Origin: Phallusia mammillata
Taxonomy: Eukaryota
Direction of reading: 5' to 3'
NCBI GenBank assembly: GCA_965637545.1
Contig: OZ281494.1
Location: 9,610,001 to 9,674,000, forward strand
Length of the DNA: 64,000 bases
A program made the translations under genes and the position numbers. Within the stretch, counting starts at the first letter, position 1; each line of letters opens with the position of its first letter. Positions 35,992 to 47,735 of this stretch are shown here, piece by piece. Under the pieces are notes generated by a model. The model had not been told where the DNA came from, made no database searches, and saw only the letters and a list, made by a program, of their open reading frames with translations.

Positions 35992-37785
35992 CCGTAAGCC
36001 GTATATCAAGTTTTCTTTGAAGCTGTACAAACAATATTCTGCCACCTTGCGTATTTTCCGAAATATATGCAAGTTCCAAATTACACGACTTTCCCCCTAT
36101 ATACATTTTAATTACAATAAACTGTTTACTTGTAAAATCTAGAAACATGAATTTTAGCAATGAGTATAAACACGTGTTTGTGGAAGTGAATAACTTTGAA
36201 TAGGCGATATTGATGGAAAACAACCCATATTTGCGTATAACATAGGCTAGACTGAATGTGCAAACTGATGCATTTTTTTTAGGTGCAAAGTGGTTTAGCC
36301 TACTGACATACGAAAATGGTGTGATCAGAGAAAAAGCAATCTGCAGATTTTTCTTTTGATTGTTCTCACCAAACTCTGCGTTTCGTCTGGATTTTCTGTT
36401 TTCTAGGCGTTTTACCAGTGGTCATGTGCCCTTGTTTAGCCGTGTCCTGGGTCTGCCTCTTCCATAAGGCTTAACGTTCATTGGCTATATGGATTTTCTT
36501 CAGTTGTGTAAATCGTTTATCAACAAAGGCCAAAATCAGTTCAAGACCGTAGAGGCTAAAGAATGCTCGTTCAGTTGTCCAACAACACTGTTTCCTAATT
36601 GCGCAGCTTTTCGTCTTGTTTATTTATTGGCACACTTTTTTATGTTTTACGGACTCCTGACGCAGAACGCGTGACTGCTGTGGTAAGCAAAGACATACGT
36701 TTTCTCATTCAATTTCTTTAGGCCTTATAATTGGTCTTTGTGCTCCTGTGTGCCAAAGCAGTAGCCTAGTAGCCTACACCTAATAAAAATCATTAATATC
36801 TAATCCTAATTTTGGTACCTCCAATTTAAAAAAAACATTTGGCAGCCACAAGTAATCGTTTTGAGCTGTCTTAATAGACGCCAAAGAAATCATTGCGTAA
36901 TATTATGTCAAAAACTTTAATTACGACACCTGCCGAAATGCAATGCGTAAGTTTCAGTTCTGGTGAAACAAAAGCCTTTTGGATCGGGTTCACTTCTGGT
37001 CGAACAGACGGTTTTGAAACTTTACACTCCAGAAATAGCTCTACGCGACGGAAACTAACAAGTGGATTGTTATTTGAGATCTTCAACAATAATTGGGCTT
37101 TATTAATCTGTGACAGCTACATAGTCGCGTTCAGTGTTTTGTCGAGCTTTACAGGGAGCTGACAACTACGCCAGGGGTCACCAACCTTTTTTTGCGCAAG
37201 CCGGATAATTTTACGATTATCGCCAAGAGCCTGTAGTTTTTTTGCAATCTTGTTTGACAAACGGTATAAAAAATTGGTTTCTAGATACGCCGTATGCTAG
37301 AAAAGTTATGGAACTACTGGATTATTTCGTTCTACAGTTTAATTGTAAAATAATGCAGAATGAATCTTGTTTTTGTTTTGAAGCTTCAAAGAACCAGAGA
37401 CAAAAAATGACCGTCTGGGGAACCTCCTTGTTTTTGGTCCGACTCCGAATTTACTAATCTGCTGCGCCGTTTTCAGATTCAATAAATAAACTTGCCAAGG
37501 TGGGCATGATAGTAGCATTAAACCGGAGAATGTATTCAGTCCAGTGCAATTGAAAACTACATCTAAATTAAAACCGAGTAAAAAGAGGCAAAGAAATGAG
37601 TTAAATCTCATTCTTAGTTTTCAGTATGGTGAAACAGTTTCATTTTCAGAAATTTTCAGGTTTAGCTTATGACCAACAATATTTTATGTATTGAACAGCA
37701 AAGATAACATTATTGAGAAAAGTCAATGTTTACAATTATATCAATTAATTCAATATGTAATAATGTAACTAATGAAAGTGAACAT

Positions 37786-40483
37786 GACCAGCAGTAAAAA
37801 CAACAACGCAGTCTTAAATTCCACCTCTGAAAATGTACCAAGGATTTTAAAGACGATGTTATTGCTGATGGTGGATTTGGCACAGTTTATACAAAGGAAC
37901 ACCCGGAGTATGGTAACATTGTTGTGAAGCGATTTCGTTTATGTCATGCCTCTGATGAAGTAAGAAGCAGAACTTATTGAATGCACATAAAGCACAGTTG
38001 TTAAGAATAATTTGTCTCTCCATCTGTCTTTTTGTGAATGTCAAGTACAGGGGTTCTTAAACTGGGGGGCCTAGGGGGGCGTGAAGGGTTCGCAAGGGGG
38101 GTGAAGCACATTATGGCAGCAAAGTGAACGCTTCATTAGGCAGCAAAGTAAACGCTTCATTACTCTGAAATGGATGTCCAGTTGTACTAACTAAACTTTT
38201 TTTCCACTGCGGGCCGGATACGTTTATTCGCCCGTGCGGCATAGTTTACATGCCCTAGTGCCGTCTTCTCAAACTTAGCCCACGAGGCGATTTTTATAGG
38301 GGCGCCAAGATATGATCTTTTAGAAAACCCATTTAAAATCTGTTAAATTGTATAGTTAGTCTCATCTTACAAGAAATGCTTATATATTACGTCACAAGTA
38401 ACACAATAAGGCAATTGTTTGCGCACAATTAACACTTTTTGTTTTGTCTGTGACGTAATAAACTGGCTTTGGGTCAATCCTGGGCATTGCAATCCTATGA
38501 AAGTCGGTAATATTAATTTGGCATGTCGTAACAGTAAACTTTCGTAAGGAGTAGAATAATTTTTGACAGTAACAAAGTTATCAATACGTTTTGGCAAACC
38601 TAAAAAATGGGATCGCAGGCCGTAGTTTGGTGACCCCTGTAGTCCTGTACTATATAGTCGGCTGTACATTCTTTATTTGTTCGCAATTTCGCTTTAGAGA
38701 TTGCCTTGATTTTGGGTGAATCAACAATTTCTGGGCAACATATGCGTAGTTTACACGAATACTGACAACGTGGCTCAGTGCGCGTGCAAAAAAAACCTTT
38801 TTTCCCAACTTATCTGTGTTGAAGTGGCTTTTTCCAACGTTTGGAACTAACTTGACAGTAGCTAAGGCGGATCTATGATGTAGGTTGTTTTCAAAAAACA
38901 AGACAAGCATCATCAGTGCTAACGTTTTTAGGGGGGGCGTGAGAATAAATAAATCGTGTCAAGTGGGGCTCGACCGAAAAAGTTTAAGAACCCCTGGTCA
39001 AGTACATGTATGACTTCAGTATTATCCAAGTTTACTGTCTTTTATTATAAGTATGGACCACAATGGTTATAATGTTACATTAAAAAGCATTTTTTTGTGT
39101 GTAATTATGTCTACTTAACAATATTTTATTTACTGTTTTTGTTTTTAAATATGTTGAAGATTTGAAGAAACTGTAAAAGTTGCAGAAGTGGCAGAAAACT
39201 ATGGGAAAAGTTTAAACATATCTAACACATTTAAAATGGGTGATTTTTTTAAACAATGTCAAAATTTGCTGAAATACGTATAGAAACTAAAGGATTTGAA
39301 TCAGATTAGCATTGTTTGTACTTTTAGTAGCATGATTATTAAAGCCTTTTTCCCTTATTGGTATTTCTTCAAAATCCTTCGTTCAAAGAATTATATTTTA
39401 TGTCCAGTGTGGAAAGAGAGCATAAAATGTTGCACTTGTGTAATCATCCCAACATACTTAAGTGCTTTGAACGAAAAAAACTGTCGACTGGTTCTATTGA
39501 ACTCATGCTCGAACAGGCAGGTGGGGGAAACCTGCAGGATCTTGTGCTGAAATATGAAGAACTTGCTTGGGATGACCGATTTCATATTGCAATGGGACTT
39601 GCCAAAGGTCTTAGTTACCTACATTCAATGTCTGTTGTTCATGGCGATATTAAACCACAGAATGTACTTCTCACAGAATCCAAAGAGGTAAGAAACCTTG
39701 CTACTTGACAAAAGGCATTTAGGGGGTGTCTACAGCCTGATGCAGTCAGAAACGCATACGATTTCTGCTCTAAATAGGTCTAATAATTACAGCATCTGAC
39801 TTGGGCAAAATTGTAATGGCATGTTGGTTGGTTGAACCCCATACCTTGACTAGGTATTTCACTAGGGCTCCCCCATTAAGTGTGTCAAGTGTTTAAACTT
39901 TATGTTCTATTTTTTAATAAGGTGTGATGGTATTATGTGCTACCTTACCTTTAATACACATGTGGTTGTATTAGGTAAAAATTCGTGATTTTGGTTCTGC
40001 AAGAATCCTTGAGATACCATCTGCTTCTTGGGAGTCTATAAACAAAAAAAACAAAAAGATCAGAAAACCAATTTTTACTGTGCCCCAGAGCTCTATAAAG
40101 CACACCAAAATGAAGATGGCACCAAAGTGAAAATCATCAGAGATTATCCTATGGATGTTTACAGGTAAATTTACTTCTAGATAACCTTTTTTGCTAATTT
40201 GTTTTGCTGTTTGAGCATCAACTATTGTTTTCATTTTACAGTTATGCAATGGTGCTTTACGAAGTTATTACAAAGAAAGAAATGTATAAAGATGCTGAAC
40301 GCCATCCGCTTATTATCCAAAATGCCATTTTACGTGGTGAAAGACCAAATCTAGCTCCACTTACTGACATCATGGATTCCTTGCAACCAGAATCCAAGGA
40401 TTTTGAAATACTTCAACTTTTATGTAATATTATGAAGCAATGTTGGGATGCAGATCCGTTAAAGCGATTAACAATGGATGAAG
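37786..40483 (+). pseudogene. Tyrosine-kinase-like (RIPK/IRAK-like) non-RD protein kinase, frameshifted; exons about 37786-37959, 39408-39687, 39975-40164, 40242-40483
   Basis: Subdomains occur in order: IADGGFGTVY, VVKR, HPNI, GLSYLH, HGDIKPQNVLL, DFGSA, YCAPE, DVYSY and CWDADP..R. There is a frame change in the A-run at about 40040-40055, and frame and phase problems in exon 1. Confidence 0.8.
38048..38996. mobile_element. hAT-type MITE in a kinase intron, carrying internal remnants of other MITE ends
   Basis: TIR CAGGGGTTCTTAAACT / AGTTTAAGAACCCCTG with an 8-bp TSD GTCAAGTA. Confidence 0.88.
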
Positions 40484-40865
40484 GTAATGTGTAAAAATAT
40501 CCTAACTTTGCAATGGCCCATTTGACTGTTAACAATTTTATTGCTTCTTTTATTATGGGTCCTCTTCTATGAAGGGGACACATATTGTTTTTGTCCGAAT
40601 TTTTTTCTCTTTTTTTGTCTAACGCTGGTTTGTGATACGCGTTTGGTCAAGAAAGAGTGCTTCATTTTCCCCCAAATTTAGACACATGTTAGTAGTCATA
40701 GAAGTTTAACCCCAAATGACCCAGCGGTTCAACCACAGGCCCCCAAAACGTAATTTTTTAAAAACATCTGTACTGACTAAAGTACTTAATTTAAGGGTTA
40801 TATGCTTTGCTGTTTGGTGCAATATAAGGTATTTTAAAGAATTTTGTACCCTAAAAAAAGATTTA

Positions 40866-42153
40866 AGAGCTCTGCACACCAGACGCGGTTGACGGTTGCG
40901 GCTAGCGATGTCAGCGCCGGCGGTAGTTAGCAGATTTTCCGCGTAACATTTGGCGCGACGTTGGCCCTTCACACCGGCAGTGCAGTTAGCGTCAACGACT
41001 TTTGTTGCTAAGAAAACTGGGTCAACGTGCTCGACATATTGAGTGTTTCTACATCTTAAGAAAGTTGATACGAAATTCTGTTTAGTTTATTTTGTGACAA
41101 AATATAATGTTGATCGTCATCCCACTGTGTAATGTTTCCAAAATCAATTGCAACAGCAATATTGGATTTAGTTTACTTCTGTCATTGCTGTTGAAACACA
41201 CTTTCCTGTTTTACAGACACTTTATGTTTCAAAGTTGGCAATATAGAAGCAATACCTTAAATGAACACAATTTAGAAAACACAAGATTGCAGAAATGCAA
41301 AGAAAACAATCATATAACAACACACAAAAAAGCTTAAATGTAAGAAGATGCATGTACATAAACTTGCACATTGTTGCACAATCACAATGATGCTAGATGG
41401 TGTCAATTGTGAGGAATAAAAGTTGCATTCGTTGGCTTGTGGCATCTCTTTCTCTGAAGTTTGTAACTTCACCATTTTGCCATGTGACGTTTGATGAAGT
41501 TTTCATAGGGAAATTGCTTTCTATGGTCAGACAAACATGTCACAAATTTATGTCTTAAACTCTGGAAACATATGAAACAGTTGATTAGCAGAAACTACAT
41601 TTTTATTCAAGTATACCAACCTGGAAATCCATACACAACAATGACTAGTTGACCACCCAAGAATAATCAAAAAGCTGTAAACAAAAGTTCTTGAAACCAC
41701 TGGTAATAAAATTTTAGTATGTTTGTGTCCAGTATTTGATTTTGAACTGTTTACAAAAAAATTAAACGAGCATTACAAACTAATTTGCTAAAAACTTCCA
41801 AAAAACAATTAAAACAAGACAATTTGTACCAATACTATCAGTACTTCATTGACTCCATTCTTATTTTTCTGGTAAATAGCAATAAAACAATCCACCTACA
41901 AACAAAAAGACCGAAATCACGCAGAAATGTATCGTAAACAAGTCGAACATCCGCCGAATATAAAGTTTTTCATCCAGCAGTCTAGCGCGGCTGACGGAAA
42001 AGTTAAATCCGAGTTAACTTTGCCGTCAGCCGTTTCAACCGAGAAAATCACGCCGTCACGGCAAGTCGCTGTCTGGTGTGAATACCCCGTCGCTTGCTGT
42101 CGAACGCAAAAACATGTCGCTATCCGCCAACCGCGTCTGGTGTGAATCTTGCT
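40866..42153. mobile_element. PIF/Harbinger-like MITE inserted in the first HINE-like copy
   Basis: TIR core CACACCAGACGCGGTTG.CGG / CCG.CAACCGCGTCTGGTGTG with TTA on both flanks. The flanks rejoin to match the paralogous block at about 42435-42485. Confidence 0.7.
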
Positions 42154-44589
42154 TTACCCATTTTCACCTCTTAAACCCCCAAATATTCATTTGTGTCTAA
42201 TGCTGGTTTGTTAAATGTGTTTGGTCAAGAAAGAGTGCTTTTAATGTATTCAAATTTGCACAGATGTTAGTTATTAATCCAAATTTGATCCTCATAAAGT
42301 TTGACCCCAAACGACCCAGCAGGTTCACCCACAGCCCCTCCCAAAACAAAAAAATTAAAACGGCCGTACTGGCTAAAGTACATAATCTGAGAGTTTCATG
42401 CTTTGTTGGTTGGTGCAATGTAAGGTATTCTAAAGAATTTTGTAACTTTTTATTAAATTCACCCATTTTTACCCCTTAAACCCCAAAATAATAAGTTTCA
42501 GTTTTAGGCCAGAATTACAAGCCCTAATGTTCTGAAATGTTAAACATTTGTTTGCAGTAGGTTATTCTTTAGTATTTAAAATTTTGCCTTCATCGGCCAA
42601 ATAGTTACTTTTACAGACCATAATATGTGTACACTGTCAGTCAGATAGAAGTCTCAACCCCCAAGGGAGTAATTCACTGGTTTACGATTAAGGCCCAGGT
42701 GAATGCAGCGGAAGTGCTCAGCTTGACGTCCGGACAGACGTTTTACAAGACAGTCATGTCAGTGATTAGAAATCAGCTGTTTTGCGCTGCTATGCTATGT
42801 CATTTTATTAAGTTATCACACACATTTTTAGTTTTGGAAAATTGTTTTTAAAAACTGACCTTGAACGACAATATCAAGGTCAAAGCATGAGATTAAATTG
42901 AAAGTATTTTTCCCGTTCTTATTTACTGTTTTTTGTAATTTTATGACAATAATGATGCAAAAAGAATACGGACAAAACTTTTAAAGTTGGGTTAATGCTT
43001 TCTGAAAGTTTTTCTTTAAGAATCTAAAAATAACCGAAACATTTGTTTACTGTAAATCTGCACAAACGCGTGTGTGGGGACCCTTTCGTTTTTGCTTGCA
43101 AAAACAATCATATGTGTAGATCAAATGATGTATATAGTAAATTGGTAAATATCGTATAGAGCGGCTGTTGGTCCACACTAATGCTTATCCACAAAAGGAT
43201 GATTTTAAGTAAAACAATAAACATAAAGATAAAAATTGACAGTTATTGTGGGTCCCCTTCCCTAAAGCAGACACATATTGTTTTGGTCCGTGTTTACTTT
43301 TTTGTGTCTAATGCTAGTTTGTTATACACGTTAGGTTATAAACGAGTGCTTAACATTTATTCAAATTTACACAGATATTAGTTATTAATCCAAATTTGAT
43401 CCTCCTGAAGTTCGACCCTGAATAACCCAGTAGTTCACCCACAGGCCCCAAAAACGTAAAAATTTCAAAATGGCTGTTCTGACTGAAGTACATGATCTTG
43501 GAGTTTCATGCATTGTTGTTTGGAGCAATGTATGGTATTCTAAAGAATTTTGTAACCTTTAATTCGATTCACCCATTTTTTTTCAGAAATACAAGCTCTA
43601 ATGTGCTAAAATATAAACAATTGCTTGTAGTATCGTATCGTATTTTATTTTGTTCATGTGCACTTGAACGCGACAAGCATAATAACACATGACGGTAAAG
43701 TGGCATGAAAACATACGACACAGCTGTGATAACCTGGCGGTTGAAAATACACTAAAATAATACTAAGGGAGGGAGGGCAACGGTAAAAAAAACGCAGCAG
43801 GTGTTCCTGGTAACAAGAAAGGGGGCCTAAGAGGTTGTAATCTCGTTGTAGAAACAAGTGGCGCTAAGGCAACACGACTAGGTTTGACAACATGGGTGGA
43901 TTCCAGCCGGTTTAATAACTTTTTTTAGGTAGGTAAACAACGACCGAAAAAGAAACCCTACCCAACATCATTGAATCTTAATTGAAATGGCAAAAAAGTA
44001 ACAACACAAGACTACCGAAATGAAGTAGTTATTAAATATTTAATAAGTAAGAATTGAAACGTCAAGCACTGAATCAGTTAATTTCCCATGCTGTTATTAT
44101 GGGTCCCCTTCCTTGAAGGGGACACATCTTGATTTTACTCGATTTCTTTTTTTTTCTTTTTCTTTTTTTCTTCCCTGAAGTTTGTCCACCCCTTTTTGCC
44201 CTGAAATCTTTGATGGATTTGGATGAAACTTTCACAGATGGTAGATATAGTTATGTAGATGTGCCATCTGCTTCGTTTGAAATGATAACCCCAGTATTTA
44301 CCCCGCTAGCCCCAAAAATGTAAAATGTGGTTTGTGCACACCACAAACGTTAGTTTTGTGTGATGTTATAAAGGCAAATATATTCATTCCTAGTGTTTGT
44401 GGGTTGCTTGGTGGTTGTTTGTGCAGTTGACATTCAGGGGGTGTTAACAGCCTTATGACATCAGAGGCATCAACAATTGTTGCTCATAAGCCCCTCCAGT
44501 GGCCAAATATTTAAACATTTGCCGATTTGGACAAAAATTTACAGGACTGTGGATTGGGTTATTGTGATTTGATATTTTTTTAGTTTTAG

Positions 44590-45065
44590 AGTAGAAACCA
44601 ATTATTTACCCCACTAGCCCCCCCAAAAGGGTGAATTGTTTAAGTATTGTTCGAATGGGATGAAATTTGGACAGTTTGTTTATTGTGCCATTGTTAGGTG
44701 TTGATTGTTGTTTTCCAACCTGTAGCCCCAACATTTACCCGCTAGCCCCCTAAAAAAGGGGATTTTTTTAAACAATGCCTGAATTGGATAAAATTTGGAA
44801 AGCTTGTAGAGTATGCCATTTTTGGTGTTGATTCTTGTGTTCTGCCCTGTAGCCCAAACCATTACACCTGGCCCCCCAAAATAGGACAATTTTTTAAACA
44901 ATGTCTGAATTGAATAAAACTTGGGCAGCTTGTAGTGGGTGCTATCTATGGTTGTTGATTGTTGTTTTCCAACCTGTAGCCCCAACATTTACCCCACTAG
45001 CCCCCGATGGGTGATTTTTTTTAACAAAGTCTGAATTGAATGAAATTAGGACAGCTTGTGCCATT
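44590..45065. repeat. About 125-bp tandem repeat, roughly 4 degenerate units, inside a HINE-like element
   Basis: Recurring ATTTACCCC.CTAGCCCC, TTTTTTAAACAATG.CTGAATTG and TGTTGATTGTTGTTTTCCAACCTGTAGCCCCAAC. Confidence 0.75.
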
Positions 45066-47449
45066 TTCCAATAATAGCAGCTGATTGTTGTGTTTTAGTC
45101 TAATTTTTCGCTATTTACCCCTTCATTTTTCAGATAGAACATACAATAGAAAAACCTTTAAAAATACCCAAATGGAAGAAAATTTAGATAGTTTGTACTC
45201 CACATAGCATGTTTGTTTATGCTCAGTACCAATCATTGTGTTTGACCTTACAATACCAAACTTTCACATGGTTATTTCTTGAAATGCATTATTTACAACT
45301 TTGCATGTGTGGGGACCCATGAGTTTCTGCCTGCAGAAACAACTAATCTTATAAAAGACAGTGTGTGATATGGGACCCAACATAAAATAAGTGTAGGGAA
45401 TATATTATTTTTTTCAAATAGGTTATAGTGTATATGCAAGGGCAATATGTGCTAAGCCACCCTTCTAGTTTTAGAAAGAAAAGTGCCCACAGAGAAGAGC
45501 ATAATTACAAAAAGAAAACACTGATAAAGGAACAAAAGTAAAACACACAAGAGGGTTTTTAGCAACTATGTATTAATAGTTTTTTATTATTATTATTTTT
45601 TACCGATATAAACCAATGTTAGTTGGACATGTAAAAGCATATGAAGTTTTGAGTATTTTCTACAATCATTGAATAAGATGACTTTGATGATGCATCATCC
45701 GCACTCAAAAAAATAGTTGTCCATATTTTTGACTGTGGTTGTAATAAGTCCTTTTTTCCATTAATAGTGACTTTATGTAGTGTTTAGTATTTAAAATTTT
45801 GGCTTCATCGCCCAAATGGTTACAGCTCATAATAAGTGTGCACTGGACAGAAGCCGAATCGGAGTAGATCACTGGTTTATAACTGTGGTGACTTAATGCA
45901 TAGCGGGAGATCATTGCTTGACGGGTGAACAGGCGTTTTGCAAGGAATTCATTTGCTGTTTAGACATCAGCGCAGTAATGCTATGTGGTGGTTAGACATC
46001 AGCGCGTTAAAAGGTCATTTACAGTCGTTCTGCGACTCCATGGCGATAGGCTGCAGAAGAACACTTTGTTACACACACTTTTGCTGCAAAATATCTTTCT
46101 AATTTGTCACTGTATGTAATACTGCCTAGGTTTTCTAGGAAAAGTTTTACCTGCTTCAAAATCAGCCTTGCACAGCTATACCGAGTTCCAACCTAATGGT
46201 TAAATTCTCAGATTGGAAGTATTTTTTCAGTTTTTTTTGTGCTACTTTTGTAAATATATGACACTATACTGAAATAGAATATGGACAAAACCTTTTGTAG
46301 TTTGGGTTGATGCTATCTACTAATTTGTTTATCTAAAAAATAACAAAAAATATGGAATTTGAAAATCTTTTTACCATTAATTAACATAGACACAGGTGTT
46401 AAAGTTCATAATATAAGTCATTTCGAAAAATACCGCGCGGGCCACTCAGAACCTTCCTGCGGGCCACGGGTTGGACACCCTGGACTAAAGCATGTAAAGG
46501 TATCAGCATTTTAAAGCATAAAAATAAACACGTGTATGGGGACCAATTCGTTTTTCGTTACCAAAACAGTTGTGTGTGAAGATCAAATTGTGTGCATAGT
46601 AAACAGGTAAACATGATTTAGAAACTATAAAATGAAAATATATTGGAAAGCCACCTTCCTAGATTTAAATAGAATGAAAACTCGAAATACACTACACACT
46701 GTATACACTAGACATATGATACAGAATCTATAAAATAGACGTACATAAGCCACGTTTCTAGTTTTAATAGGTGATATTTATGGAAAACAAACCATCTAGT
46801 TACATTTACATATAACATAGACCGAATATGCAAACTAATGCAAAACTGTTGTTGTTGTTTTCAGGTGCAAACTGGTTTACTGCCGTGCAAATATGGTGTC
46901 ATATTAGAAAAAGCAATCTGCAGATTTTTCTTTTGATTTTTTTCATGCATTTCGTCTGGACTTTCTTGTTTTCTGGGCGTTTTACCAGTGGTCATGTGTC
47001 CTTATTCAGCCGTGTCTTTCGTCTTCCTCTTCAATACGGCTTTGCGTTCATTAAATATGTGGATTTTTTTCGCTTGTTTAAATCGTTTATCAACAAAGGC
47101 CAAAATCAGTACAAGACCGTAGAGGCTAAACAATGCTCGTCGACACCATAGAAAGAGCTTGCCCTGTTCGAGTCAAGGCCTGTTTTACCAAAAATTCTTA
47201 TAGGTCTGATTTATAGTATTTTTGCTTTTTTGCTCGCACTGTGACTCTTGCTTTGGCTCAGGTTCTTAGATATTTTAATGGTGTCGTTTAACTCTAATTG
47301 ACTGCCGTGTAAAATTAATTATTTGTACATTTTTTGTTTGTTCAGTTGTCCAACAACACTGTTTCCTAATTGCGCTTCTTTTCGTCTTGTTCATTTATTG
47401 GCGCACTTTTTTATGTTTTACGAACTCCTGACGCAGAATGCGTGACTAC

Positions 47450-47735
47450 GTCCGATTCGTTTTTTGCTAATGCGAAACAGACGCGGAATGCAAACGCTGC
47501 TGCTTCTGTAGTAACCAAAATAACCGACAGTAGATGGCGCCACAGAGCTTATTTTAACAACGTACCTGTTTGAGTTTTAGAATTGATCTGTCGGCCATGG
47601 TTGGAATTGTAAAGTTTCAAAAAGGAAATGTATGATTCGATCGTCACAATGAAAGTAAGGTCCATCTATTCCCCAACAAAGACTATGCGCAAAGCAAATT
47701 GTCTGAAAATAGCAAATTTTACTTGATCTTGACAC
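47450..47735 (-). pseudogene. Divergent fragment of the same GPCR family (ECL2 region)
   Basis: The reverse strand encodes QDQVKFAIFRQFALRI and SSVAPSTVGYFGYYRSSSVCIPRLFRISK, homologous to SDQVKLTDFRQFALRI...STVGYFGYYSSSSVCIPRLFRISK. Confidence 0.75.

Larger units (their letters stand above)
40551..46770 (+). mobile_element. Cluster of related and nested non-autonomous Helentron/HINE-like rolling-circle elements
   Basis: Three 5' ends TTATT(A/G)TGGGTCC.CTT...GACACAT at 40551, 43242 and 44094. Three 3' GGGGACC motifs with hairpin-like sequence at about 43075, 45311 and 46537. AAGCCAC...CTAG motifs at about 45455, 46650 and 46750. No TSD. Confidence 0.55.

Noticed and set aside
36283-36320. 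VQSGLAY*H as a kinase subdomain VIa remnant
   Set aside because: The motif is not preserved in the duplicate at about 46865, and no HxD motif follows.
37172-38639. CAGGGGTCACCAAC ... GTTTGGTGACCCCTG as one element capturing kinase exon 1
   Set aside because: There is no matching TSD (AACTACGC versus TAGTCCTG), and the right end lies inside another TSD-bounded MITE. These are probably independent remnants.
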